Virus record (IMG/VR): IMGVR_UViG_3300030043_000002
Length of the DNA stretch: 40,438 nucleotides
Reading direction: 5' to 3' (one strand)
Source of the DNA: a virus
The position numbers and the translations under genes are program-made. Positions 7,798-17,600 of this stretch are shown here, piece after piece (position 1 is the first letter of the stretch; each line of letters begins with the position of its first letter). A model generated the notes under the pieces. It was not told the DNA's origin. It was given only the letters and a program-made list of their open reading frames with translations, and made no database searches.

Positions 7798-8448
7798 TTA
7801 AACATCCTCTAACTGTAGATATAAGTTATAAATAAACTCTATCCCTTTTCTTTCCTCAACTTTTCTGAATTTATCCCTATTCATTCCTAGAACTTCCATT
7901 AAATGTGTGTTCTTAATCTTCTTACCGTTTATTTCGTGAAAACGCACAGAACGCCGATTATTCGCCTGCGTTTTAATATCAGTCCATCTGCAATTTTCTT
8001 TGCAGTAGTTGCCGTCATTATCAATTCTATCTAATTGCATGCCGTCAGGTCTTTCTCCCATATCTTTAAGAAAAACATCAAATTCATTCCATTCAACACA
8101 AACAGAGATTCCTCTTCCACCATAGTTATGGTAATTGACATCATTAGGATCATTGCATCTTTGTCGCATTGCAACCCATATAGCATATATTCTATCTCTT
8201 CCCTTTGTTCTAGATGCCATACCATGTTTATAGGCCCAATGATCTTTGCCTTTCTTGGTATGTGCTTTAGCAGAACAGCATTTACATGGATTATTTCTAG
8301 TTCTCAAATAAGAACCGTTCAGAACAACAATATCACCACAATCACATTGAACTTTGTACATAATGTAACCATTTTTTCTTTCTGCAAGTTCTTTTACTAC
8401 AGTTCTTGTTCCGAAACGGGAACCGATTTCAATTTTTTTAATATACAT
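7798..8448 (-). CDS. free-standing HNH-family homing endonuclease
   Basis: 216 aa with an N-terminal zinc ribbon (YKVQCDCG...CKCC), IYAIWVAMRQRC...YGGRGISVCVEW, and LDRIDNDGNYCKENCRWTDIKTQANNRR. This is the common phage IDR-type HNH signature. Confidence 0.8.
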   Translation of the reverse strand: MYIKKIEIGSRFGTRTVVKELAERKNGYIMYKVQCDCGDIVVLNGSYLRTRNNPCKCCSAKAHTKKGKDHWAYKHGMASRTKGRDRIYAIWVAMRQRCNDPNDVNYHNYGGRGISVCVEWNEFDVFLKDMGERPDGMQLDRIDNDGNYCKENCRWTDIKTQANNRRSVRFHEINGKKIKNTHLMEVLGMNRDKFRKVEERKGIEFIYNLYLQLEDV

Positions 8449-8650
8449 AAATAAATTCCTTTAATATTATTAAGATTCGTTAGCTAAACGTTAAATAGCA
8501 TTGCGTCAATATGGTTTCGCAGACCAGTTATTCGGGTTATTCGGATAGAAAAACAACGTACAAAAGGTTCGTTACCATTCAACAACGAATATCTCTATTG
8601 TATAGAACTGCATATTATTATGCAATTCAAAACTTTAAGAGGTTATCTAA

Positions 8651-8743
8651 ATGAGTATAACAACAACAGGCCAGTTAGGACCAATGATCCTACAGTCTCT
8701 TGCTCCTGCTATGCTTTACGTGCCTACACCAATGATGAACTAT
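8651..8743 (+). CDS. major capsid protein, exon 1 (31 codons)
   Basis: SD aagagg lies upstream of the ATG at 8651. Product is MSITTTGQLGPMILQSLAPAMLYVPTPMMNY. The unspliced frame stops at TAG 8747..8749, and the rest of the capsid ORF resumes about 200 nt downstream. Confidence 0.65.
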
Positions 8744-8954
8744 AAATAGATGTAGTTATAAAACCGTCGCTGATTGACTCGGAAGCCCGACAGGGTAACG
8801 AGGGGCAAGTTTAAATACAGCCTGAACGACTGAGCGCGATGGGCTCGAAAGAGTATGCAACAGTCTGAACCGTAAAAATAAATAAAATTACGGAGGAGAA
8901 TCCGAAGAGGTTTTCCCGCTTATAATATATTGTAAGTCATAAAGTAACAGAAAG
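8744..8954 (+). mobile_element. putative ORF-less group I intron interrupting the capsid gene
   Basis: - P1: exon end aactat (8738..8743) pairs with gtagtt (8752..8757), ending in a U8743.G8752 wobble at the proposed 5' splice site.
- 3' splice site: G8954 precedes in-frame exon 2, and a short P10 is possible (att 8955..8957 with gat 8749..8751).
- Structure: the interior is visibly GC-richer than its flanks and contains a GAAA-tetraloop hairpin (8843..8854), a gactg/cagtc stem (8828..8832 with 8861..8865) and a ccgtaa/ttacgg hairpin (8870..8893).
- Caveat: I could not assign the P3/P7 catalytic core by eye. Confidence 0.55.
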
Positions 8955-9830
8955 ATTACGGTATGTGATAAAATATCCATGCCTCCAAATGGTGGAACAA
9001 CAGCACGTTTTATGCGTCCAAGAGCACTAACACCCCCAACGGTTCAACTTGGTAATTCAGGCATTGATCCGCCTGCGCAAGTACCTCAAAGGGACATAAT
9101 CGATGCGCAAATGGCTTTTTTTGGAACAGGCTGTATTATAAACGAACAAGTAATACTGCAAGATCAAGAAGGCGTTTTGGCATGGGTGTCAGAGCGTTTA
9201 GCAGTAGCGATGCGCCAAGCAGAGGATTTGATTTTACGGGACTATATTGTTTCCGCAGCATCAGAAATTAACGCTGGTGGTGGTTCTAATGGCGACAATC
9301 CAACAAACTTAGGTTTGTCAGATTTCTCATTAGTAGCTACTACACTTGATACTAACAATGCCTACAAGTTTATGACAGGTATTGAAGGTATGGATAGATT
9401 CGGTACAGGTCCAGTAAGAAGCTCATATTTTATGTTGTCTTCTACTGAACTACAAACCGATTTTGATAGTTTAGTTGGTCAAGGTGTTTTGAACAACTGG
9501 AACTATCCAACAAATTCCTCTGCATTGCCTTCTGAGTGGGGTTCCGTGTTTAATACACGTATCCTAACAAGCTCTGAAGCTCCAGTTGCTAGAGGTGTTA
9601 GTGCTAACGGTCAAGACGTTTATTACAACACTGTGTTGGGTAAACAAGGGATCACACACATTAACCAAGATGGATTCTCAATGAATCTAATTTACCGTGA
9701 CCCATACTACAGTGGTATGTTGGCCCAAAATGCCACTCTTGCTGTTAAGTTTGCTCAAGCGCAAGCCCTAACACAAGATACAGCTATCAGAAACCTTTTA
9801 TGTACTCGTTTGAGTTCATTAAACTACTAG
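8955..9830 (+). CDS. major capsid protein, exon 2 (HK97-fold type)
   Basis: The frame is open from 8943. The ORF-track start at ATG 8979 has no SD and would remove the conserved N-terminal region. The stretch ...KISMPPNGGTTARFMRPRAL fits the p.nsG.t..f.R motif of podovirus-type capsid proteins. The spliced product would be 322 aa. Confidence 0.75.
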   Translation: MTVCDKISMPPNGGTTARFMRPRALTPPTVQLGNSGIDPPAQVPQRDIIDAQMAFFGTGCIINEQVILQDQEGVLAWVSERLAVAMRQAEDLILRDYIVSAASEINAGGGSNGDNPTNLGLSDFSLVATTLDTNNAYKFMTGIEGMDRFGTGPVRSSYFMLSSTELQTDFDSLVGQGVLNNWNYPTNSSALPSEWGSVFNTRILTSSEAPVARGVSANGQDVYYNTVLGKQGITHINQDGFSMNLIYRDPYYSGMLAQNATLAVKFAQAQALTQDTAIRNLLCTRLSSLNY

Positions 9831-9840
9831 GAGATTTCTC

Positions 9841-10992
9841 ATGGCTGAATATTCAAGATTAGCAACAGGTATGGTAACATCAACGGGTGGAAACACTGCT
9901 GTTGTATTGCCTTTTATTCCTGATTTTATTGAGATTTACAACTCGACGCGTGCAACGGCAGCTTCTGGCGTAACACGTGCTTGGTGGACATCTAATATGG
10001 GCGAAGGAGCTGCATTTTTAACAACTACTGGCGCAGGTCCAGCGGATGGAACAAGTTTTGTGACTGCAACAACAGGAACAGGATTTTCAACATTCCGTGC
10101 TGCATTAGCTTTGCAATATGGTCCAACTGTATTGCTTGGTGCTTCTGGTGGTATAACTAAGAATGCCGGAGCTCCGGTTATTACAACAACTGCTGCCCAT
10201 GGTCTAGTTCCAGGTAATGTAGTAGTATTTTCGAACCTTTATGAAACCACTACTACAGGTATGCAACAAATTGCTGGTATTCCTTTCGTAGTTGTAACGG
10301 TTCCAAGTACAACAACATTTACAATTAACTGGGATACAAGCGGTACTAATTACACTGCTATTGCAACTGGTGGTTTGAATACTAATGCTTCATTTAAGAA
10401 AGTATTGTATCCATTCCTTTACGCACCAAGTGCGACATATATTAGCGGTTTGGCTGCTGGTTCAGGTGTATTTTCTAATGCAACTGTAGTTACAACAACT
10501 GCTCCGCATAATTTCAAAATTGGTCAAGAAGTAGGATTTCATATCCCTGCTATTTGGGGTCCAGTTCAGTTAAATGAATTGCCAAATCTGGTTAGACCAG
10601 GTTCACCAATCTATCATTATGTACGTGCAGTAACTGAGACAACATTTACTATTGATGTGGTATTTTCAACACTTACAGCTTACGTGGCTAATCAGCCATT
10701 TGGAAGCTTTATAGGTCAGAAATTCCCTGTCGTTGTACCTGCTGGAGACGTTAACACTGGTGGAGATCAGATCTTCGCTAATTCTGTGTTGTATCCTTCA
10801 CCGCAACTGTACAATGGTTTTAGTAATGCCCTTACTTCAACTATTAATGGTCCTGCGATTCAGGGTGCATTTGTGAATAATACTTTAATGGGATTTGTAA
10901 TAGGTGCTGCTGCCGCTGGAACAGCTGCGGACACCATTTATTGGAGAGCCCAGATGAGTGATATTGTGTTACCTGTAACACAGTACAGATAG
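9841..10992 (+). CDS. virion structural protein with two FCCH-like beta-barrel modules (decoration or tail component)
   Basis: 383 aa, immediately after the capsid gene, with SD aggag. Modules lie at about 10153..10374 and 10474..10686. A strong hairpin follows. Confidence 0.6.
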   Translation: MAEYSRLATGMVTSTGGNTAVVLPFIPDFIEIYNSTRATAASGVTRAWWTSNMGEGAAFLTTTGAGPADGTSFVTATTGTGFSTFRAALALQYGPTVLLGASGGITKNAGAPVITTTAAHGLVPGNVVVFSNLYETTTTGMQQIAGIPFVVVTVPSTTTFTINWDTSGTNYTAIATGGLNTNASFKKVLYPFLYAPSATYISGLAAGSGVFSNATVVTTTAPHNFKIGQEVGFHIPAIWGPVQLNELPNLVRPGSPIYHYVRAVTETTFTIDVVFSTLTAYVANQPFGSFIGQKFPVVVPAGDVNTGGDQIFANSVLYPSPQLYNGFSNALTSTINGPAIQGAFVNNTLMGFVIGAAAAGTAADTIYWRAQMSDIVLPVTQYR

Positions 10993-11003
10993 TCTATAAA
11001 TTT

Positions 11004-11027
11004 GGGTGGGGATTAAAATCCTCACCC
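11004..11027 (+). terminator. strong intergenic hairpin (partial terminator or attenuator?)
   Basis: Stem gggtgggga and tcctcaccc (9 bp with one G.U) around loop ttaaaa. There is no clear U-tract. Confidence 0.4.
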
Positions 11028-11042
11028 TTAAATTGAGGTAAA

Positions 11043-11498
11043 ATGGTTCGTTTAAATACTGTAATTAGTGCTCCTGTACCTGCATATCAAAACTTGCCTA
11101 TAGAACCACAGTGGTATAAACCTAGACGATATATAATCACAGCAATTGATGAAGGACTTACTACTATAGTTACAACTGATTACGACAACTTCTACTCCAT
11201 TGGTCAGGAAGTAAGATTGATTATTCAAATAGGTAATGGATGTAGGCAACTTAATGGACGGACAGGATTCGTAATATCTATTCCTGCAACAAATCAAGTG
11301 GAAATTGACATCAATTCGTTAGGAATAGACCCATTTAAAACATCAAATCAAACAACACAACCACAGATATTAGCTATAGGCGACGTAAATACAGGGCATA
11401 TCAACCCTTGCGGTCCATATCATACACACCCTCATATCCCAGGAAGTTTTAGAAACATTTCTCCTAATCCTTTCAATAGAGAGTTTGACATTCTTTAA
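11043..11498 (+). CDS. virion structural protein with one FCCH-like module
   Basis: 151 aa with SD gaggt. The module lies at about 11133..11336 (IITAIDEGLTTIVTT...IGQEVRL...LNGRTGFVISI...VEIDINS). Confidence 0.55.
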   Translation: MVRLNTVISAPVPAYQNLPIEPQWYKPRRYIITAIDEGLTTIVTTDYDNFYSIGQEVRLIIQIGNGCRQLNGRTGFVISIPATNQVEIDINSLGIDPFKTSNQTTQPQILAIGDVNTGHINPCGPYHTHPHIPGSFRNISPNPFNREFDIL

Positions 11499-11538
11499 AC
11501 AACAAGTTATAAATCAAATTAAAAATTTAAGGTAACAC

Positions 11539-12120
11539 ATGGCAAAAACAAATACTCCTCCTCCGTCAATCGAACAAGAAGAAATGGTTAAATTAGAACA
11601 GCAATTTGATAAGTTTGATAATGAAGTAAAGTCTATGACAATGGATAGAATGAAAACTGCTCCAAGCGAAGATAGGGAGCAACAAACTAAGTTATCACAA
11701 AAAGAAATTGAGAAGTCTAAAGATATTTATATTAAAGCTCATAGAACTATTGGTTGTCAGGAGAAATTCAACGAGAAATATCGTGATGATTATGAATTTT
11801 CTAAAGAGTATGTACATTTCACTGCTGAAAATCTTGAGATAATCGGAGAAGAGTTAGACTTTTGGACTAAACCTTTTCCTGGCGTTCCTGCGCAAGAATG
11901 GAAGATACCTGTTAATAAGCCAGTATGGTGTCATAGATTCGTTGCGGAGCGTATCAAAGGTTGCAAATACCATGTAATGAGCATGCAAAATACATTAACA
12001 GATTCATCTAGTTCTGGACAATTCTATGGAACAATGGTAGTAGACAAAACAAAACAAAGATTAGATGCAACTCCAGTTAGTCAACGTAAATCAGTATTTA
12101 TGGGAGCTGGAACATTTTAA
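11539..12120 (+). CDS. hypothetical structural-module protein
   Basis: 193-aa ORF in the late operon. Confidence 0.55.
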   Translation: MAKTNTPPPSIEQEEMVKLEQQFDKFDNEVKSMTMDRMKTAPSEDREQQTKLSQKEIEKSKDIYIKAHRTIGCQEKFNEKYRDDYEFSKEYVHFTAENLEIIGEELDFWTKPFPGVPAQEWKIPVNKPVWCHRFVAERIKGCKYHVMSMQNTLTDSSSSGQFYGTMVVDKTKQRLDATPVSQRKSVFMGAGTF

Positions 12121-12371
12121 TGAGAAAGTATTTTGGCGAGATTGCTACTTATCCTGAAAATGATGAAGAAGAAAAAAAAGAAGCTAAAAAATATTTAGAG
12201 TCTTGGAAAAAATTTCTTCTTAGGCGTCTTAAAAGAGATTCATTTGATGTAATGATAGTGGATGAACAATGGGGAATACGTGAAGCGCATTTATCAGGAA
12301 TGCTAGCACAAAATGAATCTATGTATTTGAAATTGTGTTTGGAATCAGAATTTAATTACGAATTGAGATAA
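12120..12371 (+). CDS. hypothetical protein
   Basis: 83 aa; TAATG overlap with the upstream gene. Confidence 0.5.
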   Translation: MRKYFGEIATYPENDEEEKKEAKKYLESWKKFLLRRLKRDSFDVMIVDEQWGIREAHLSGMLAQNESMYLKLCLESEFNYELR

Positions 12372-12374
12372 AAA

Positions 12375-12560
12375 ATGGCAAAAGAAAAGTGGATTGCATC
12401 TGCAATCAAAAAACCTGGTGCATTACATAAAGAATTAGGCGTTAAAGAAGGTAAAAAGATTCCTACAAGCAAACTTAAAAAAGCTGAACATAGTAAGAAT
12501 CCTACGGAACGTAAGCGTGCGAATCTAGCTAAAACACTAAAAGGTTTCAATAAACAATGA
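12375..12560 (+). CDS. conserved small basic protein
   Basis: 61 aa. MAKEKWIASAIKKPGALHKELGVKEGKKIPTSKLKKA... resembles a widespread small bacterial and phage family (KKPGALhk.LGvk.g.kIP..kL). Confidence 0.55.
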   Translation: MAKEKWIASAIKKPGALHKELGVKEGKKIPTSKLKKAEHSKNPTERKRANLAKTLKGFNKQ

Positions 12561-13999
12561 ACATGCTTAGTGATGTCATTACATATGTACGTAGGATTAT
12601 AAAAAGTCCTTCCAATGCTGTTATTACTGATGCATTGATAATTGATTATATTAATCGATTTTGGATTATGGATGTTGATGCTCGCATGCAATTATTTGAT
12701 TTAAAGACAACTTATCAGTTTCAGACTCAACCTGCCGTTGATAAATATAATATGCCATTATATAGCATCCAGTCCGAAACACCTAATAATCCTGGTTCAC
12801 AAGATATTGCAATGTATCCTGTATATCAGGGTTTTCTAAGCCCAGCTTATATTAATGGCGTAGAAATATTCTTTGAGACTCAAGAACATGAATTCTATAG
12901 AAAGTGGCCTAAATGGGTACAAAATAATAGAATTGTAGGTATTGGTAATGGAACTCCAGGACCTTACTTTTTAAAACTTCCTGTGTTGCCTGAATTCTAC
13001 TTCCATCATACTCCACCTCTTCAAGGCATATTGCGTGGACATATTGATATTGCAGGTATTATAAGTACTGGTTTTAATCAAGACCCTCCTTTAATTGGCA
13101 GTACACAATTACTTAATAATAATTTCATACAACCAATGAATACTACTTCTGTACATTCTCAGTTTTATTTAACGTCAACTGATAATACAGGTGCTAATGT
13201 TATAGTCGCTGACAGTGGTCAGTTTCTTCAACAAGATGTCAATCTAGGTATCTTAATGCAGCCAGGAAATGCACCATTTGGTAACCTTCCTTTACCTGGT
13301 GGATATGCTAATTCATTTACAATTACAGGTATTTCTGCGCCAGGTAATCCAACAGTTTTAACTGCAACTACAACGTTTTTTGCAGGTCAGATTGTAATTA
13401 TTAATGGTGTAGTCGGTATGACTCAACTTAATAATAATAAATATAAAATACTTGCAGTGACATCAACAACAGTTACAATAGATGTCGACTCAACAGATTT
13501 CGATACATATGTAAGTGGTGGAACAGTCTTTACGATTCAAAATGTAGTTAACTATCTTACTGGATTTGTTGATCAAGTATTTTTTCCATCTGCAATACCT
13601 TTGGGACAAAACATTCATGCTCAGTATCTATATTTCCAAACAGGTTTGCCAAGAGCAATGTTGTATTATAATAATACAATTACACTTCGTTCACCTCCAG
13701 ATCGACAATATTTAGTGGAAATAGAGGCGTATTTAACACCGGCAGCATTCTTCAGCACCTCACAAGCTTTGCCATTCGCTTATATGGCAGAATATATAGC
13801 ACGTGGAGCAGCTAGAAAGATCCTTTCAGATACAGGGGATGTAGAACAATTCCAATTCTACGAGCCATTATTTAGAGAGCAAGAGAATCTGGTTTGGAAA
13901 CGTAGTCAGAGACAATGGACAGCCACGAGGACTCAAACGATTTATAGTCACGGTCACGGTGGAACACAAAATACAGGAATTAACGGAGCAGCAACATGA
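12557..13999 (+). CDS. tail or virion structural protein with one FCCH-like module
   Basis: 480 aa; module at about 13313..13522. Overlapping start and stop with neighbours. Confidence 0.6.
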   Translation: MNMLSDVITYVRRIIKSPSNAVITDALIIDYINRFWIMDVDARMQLFDLKTTYQFQTQPAVDKYNMPLYSIQSETPNNPGSQDIAMYPVYQGFLSPAYINGVEIFFETQEHEFYRKWPKWVQNNRIVGIGNGTPGPYFLKLPVLPEFYFHHTPPLQGILRGHIDIAGIISTGFNQDPPLIGSTQLLNNNFIQPMNTTSVHSQFYLTSTDNTGANVIVADSGQFLQQDVNLGILMQPGNAPFGNLPLPGGYANSFTITGISAPGNPTVLTATTTFFAGQIVIINGVVGMTQLNNNKYKILAVTSTTVTIDVDSTDFDTYVSGGTVFTIQNVVNYLTGFVDQVFFPSAIPLGQNIHAQYLYFQTGLPRAMLYYNNTITLRSPPDRQYLVEIEAYLTPAAFFSTSQALPFAYMAEYIARGAARKILSDTGDVEQFQFYEPLFREQENLVWKRSQRQWTATRTQTIYSHGHGGTQNTGINGAAT

Positions 14000-14631
14000 C
14001 AATGATTACATATAACAATAATGTTCCGTTTGGCCCAGACAATCCTTCGGCTGATCAACCAAAAATGCTAACTAATACTCAACATATCGCAGATTATGTT
14101 GCAGTCGACCATGTTCCTTTCAATGTTAACGGAAGTGGATGGCATAATAAATCTACTTATGTCAATCAATCAAGTGTTCCTACAACAGCAGCTGGTCAAG
14201 TAGCATTATTTTCAGCAGCTGGCATTTCAGGTTCAGAATTACATATGACTAGAGACGCAACATCGGGTGTAAATGTTATTATGACTACGTCGGCATTTGG
14301 TGTACCTGTGGCAGCAAATAATGGTTATACGTTTTTACCAGGACCTTCAGGTGGAGCAAGAGTTGGCGCAATTATTCTCCAGTGGGGAATAATACCAGTA
14401 GGCCCTTCTGGAGATACTGTTACAACTGTTTTGTTTGCTACAGTTAATCAGAATTTTAAAAATGCTTGTTATAATGTTCAATTAACAGTAATTGCACAAA
14501 ATACTGATGAAGATCCATCAGCAAATAACGTTTTCATTGTTCCTGGTTCAGTTAACGCAACTGGATTTCAAATATCTAATTCATCATCATCATCAGAACA
14601 ACAAGTATATTGGTTAGCTATAGGAAATTAA
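13996..14631 (+). CDS. tail-fibre-like protein
   Basis: 211 aa. The C-terminal part (ILQWG...VLFATVNQNFKNACYNV...TGFQI...VYWLAIGN) resembles the common tail-fibre C-terminal domain that ends in WIAIG. Confidence 0.55.
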   Translation: MTMITYNNNVPFGPDNPSADQPKMLTNTQHIADYVAVDHVPFNVNGSGWHNKSTYVNQSSVPTTAAGQVALFSAAGISGSELHMTRDATSGVNVIMTTSAFGVPVAANNGYTFLPGPSGGARVGAIILQWGIIPVGPSGDTVTTVLFATVNQNFKNACYNVQLTVIAQNTDEDPSANNVFIVPGSVNATGFQISNSSSSSEQQVYWLAIGN

Positions 14632-17600
14632 ATGGGTCAAAAAATAGTTGTAGGTCCTTTTAATGATAAAGGTTTTAGAAATGACGTTACCCCATTTAAC
14701 GTTGATAATACCTCTTTTCCTTCTTTAGTTAATGCTTATCAATGGCGTGGACGCGTCAAACGTAAACGTGGAACTTCTCTTCTAGGCAGGTTAACACGAT
14801 TTTTTAGTTCTCTTGTTCCTTCTCTTAATACTGGTATTACTACTATTACATTAGATGGAAGTGGAAACGGAAATTTAATCACGGGATTCAATCTGAATTC
14901 TACCCTTCCGAATGTTACAATCGCACCAGGAAATACCACTATAACAGGAACGTTGATATATGAAGATCCCAATAAAGATGGGACTTTAGAAGTATCTGCT
15001 GTAATCACAGGAATTACATTAGGTAACCCAACGGTATTAACAGCAGTTAATACATTTTCATCAGGTGATTCAGTACTAATAACAGCTGTCCAAGGTACTG
15101 TAGAACTTAATAATAATATCTATACGATAATATCAGTGACAGGAACTACAATAACTATAGATGTAGACTCTACTACATTTACAGCATATGATATGGGTGG
15201 TTTTGCTACAGATCTAGTTCCAGAAGGAACGATTAATTATGTGACTGGAGCGATTAATATACCTGCACAAGCGGGATTGGCCGTTTCCGCATCCTTTAAC
15301 TATTATCCACTACTTCCTGCAATGGGAGAAAGAGATCTTCAATTATTACCAACGCAGTTTCCAGGAACAATAGCATTTGATATAACGAAAGCCTATAATG
15401 TTGTAACAGCTATTCCATATCCAAATTACAATATAAGTTTTTATAAAAATCCCGCAGCAAATGTTGATCTTTATCCAGGATACACACCCAAGACCAATGC
15501 AACACCAGTACAATGGAACGGACAAAACTACCAGCAATTTTGGACGACTAATTACGAAAATGCCTTCTGGGCTACTAATGGCATTCCTATACCTTTTAAT
15601 ATTACTAATATTGGCATGCAATTTACGTTAGTTACTGGAGCAACAATTGTTGCTGCCGGACCTCCTGCAATTGTGACAATAGCAATTGCTGCAAGTCCTG
15701 CTGTAGTTGGTGATTTCGTCTTTATAAACGAAGTTGTGGGAATAACAGGAATAAACTTCCAGACTGGATATGTAATATCAATTGTTGCAGGTGTTAGCAT
15801 TACAGTAGAGTTTCCTAATGCAACGATAGCTGGTACTTATGGAGGCGGTGGAATAGTCCAGTACTTAACAAATAATGTTGATCCAACTAAGGATTGTTTA
15901 AGATGGTACGATGGCGATCCAACAGATGGAGTAGTAAATAATCCCGTGCCAACTCCTGGATTCGGTTGGGTTAACTTTTGTCCTCCATTGTCGCAAGATT
16001 TCTATCCCATAGCAGATTTGCCAGCAGCGAAATACTATTTGGTTAATGCTCGCATGATTGTTCCCTTTAAAGACCGTTTGTTGTTCCTTGGTGCCGTTGT
16101 TCAGAGCTCAGGAGGCACACCCATCTATCTTCAAGATACAATTGTTTACAGTCAAAATGGCACGCCTTATTACAACGTTTCTTTTTCTGCTACACCAAAC
16201 TATCCGTTACCACCAGTTACCACACCTCCAGGTTATGTAACAATGTTAGCTCCACAACAACAAACGGCCACACCTTCAGCTTTCTTTGAAGATCAAACAG
16301 GATTTGGAGGTTTTGTATCGGCAGGATTGCCTCAACCCATAACAACGTCAGCCCCTAACCAAGATGTGTTAATCGTAGGATTTTCCAGCCTAAAAACTAA
16401 ATTGGTATATAGTGGGAATGATTTAGTACCTTTCAATTTCTTTATCATTAACTCAGAACTGGGTGATGCAAGCACATTCTCAACTATTACACTTGATAAA
16501 GGCGTATTATCCCGTGGAACGCGTGGATATACAATGACAGGTCAAACAGACTCCCAGCGTATAGATCTTGATATTCCAGATCAAGTTTTCCAAATGAATC
16601 TAACAAACAACGGAAACGAAAGATTTTGTGCTTCAAGAGATTTCATCAACGAGTGGATTTATTTTACTTATAACGCGAACAATGAAAATGATGAAACTCC
16701 AACTGCCATTTTCCCAAATCAAACATTACTTTATAACTATAGAGATAATTCTTGGGCGTTATTTAATGAATCTTATACGAGTTACGGAGCATTTAGAAGA
16801 CAAACAGGTTTTACATGGCAAACTGTAGGATTGGTTTATAATACATGGGAAGCGTGGAACGATCCTTGGAATGCGGGTAATTCAACTGTTCTTCAACAAG
16901 AAGTTATCGGTGGAAATTCGCAGGGATTTCTAATATTCCGTGATGAAGGAACAGATGAAGCTGAGTCTCTAGCTATTATTTCATTTAATGGTACAACAAA
17001 TACCGTAACAGTTCCAAATCATAATCTAACAGAAGATAGTTACATACAAATCACTGGATGCTTAGGAACTGTTGGTAATTTCGTTAACAATGCAATATTT
17101 TCTGTATTTAATGTGACTCAGAACACGTTTCAACTTGATCCAGACCCAATGCTTGGATCAGCAACTTATATCGGTGGAGGGTTAATCACATTAATATATG
17201 TTCCATTCATTCAATCTAAGCAATTCCCTCTTGCATGGGATACAGGACGTAAAACTCGTATTGGAGTTCAACAATATCTATTAACTACTACACCTAGATC
17301 AGAAATTACACTACAGATGTTTTTGAGTCAGGATGCAGCTAATCCGTATAACAATCCTCCAATTGTTCCTAGTACATCATCAACAAATAACTCATTACTT
17401 TACTCACAGGTACTTTATACTTGTCCAGAAAGTACAAATTTAGGTCTGACGCCATTTAATGCTAGCCAGATGATGATAAATGATCCTAGTAGTGGTACAA
17501 GTCCTCAAGAACAAATATGGCATCGAATTAATACATCCCTGATAGGTGATACCGTTCAAGTCGGACTAACAATGTCAGATGAACAAATTAGGTATTTACA

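Noticed and set aside
8035-8454. Plus-strand 139-aa ORF (and 8031..8225 on the minus strand) overlapping the HNH gene.
   Set aside because: It is a shadow ORF antisense to, or out of frame with, a gene that has clear HNH motifs. Its composition is low-complexity and it has no SD.
8526-8545. Tandem gttattcgg x2 upstream of the capsid gene, considered as an iteron or mini-repeat array.
   Set aside because: Only two 9-10-nt units with no further copies. This is insufficient for a CRISPR or iteron call.
8822-8870. Two CTGAAC repeats whose reverse complement (GTTCAG...) resembles the group I R element, suggesting an intron on the minus strand.
   Set aside because: An intron antisense to the capsid mRNA could not restore the reading frame. 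The resemblance is short and probably coincidental.
8744-8972. Translational bypassing (hop) across the capsid gap: the take-off codon AAA (8744..8746) is followed directly by TAG, and a matching in-frame AAA lies at 8970..8972.
   Set aside because: The gap would be about 225 nt, several-fold longer than any hop I know of (about 50 nt in T4 gene 60). The insert is structured and GC-rich, and the P1 pairing with a U.G wobble fits an intron better. I keep it only as a fallback if no splicing is seen.
12356-12691. Minus-strand 111-aa ORF. Similar antisense ORFs occur in the structural and other blocks at 339..524, 633..842, 2257..2514, 11052..11297, 14739..15008, 15346..15800, 18939..19130, 20742..20963, 23007..23258, 23617..23823 and 39074..39752.
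   Set aside because: All lie antisense to long, motif-supported or operon-packed genes, and they lack SDs and operon context. I treated them as chance ORFs.
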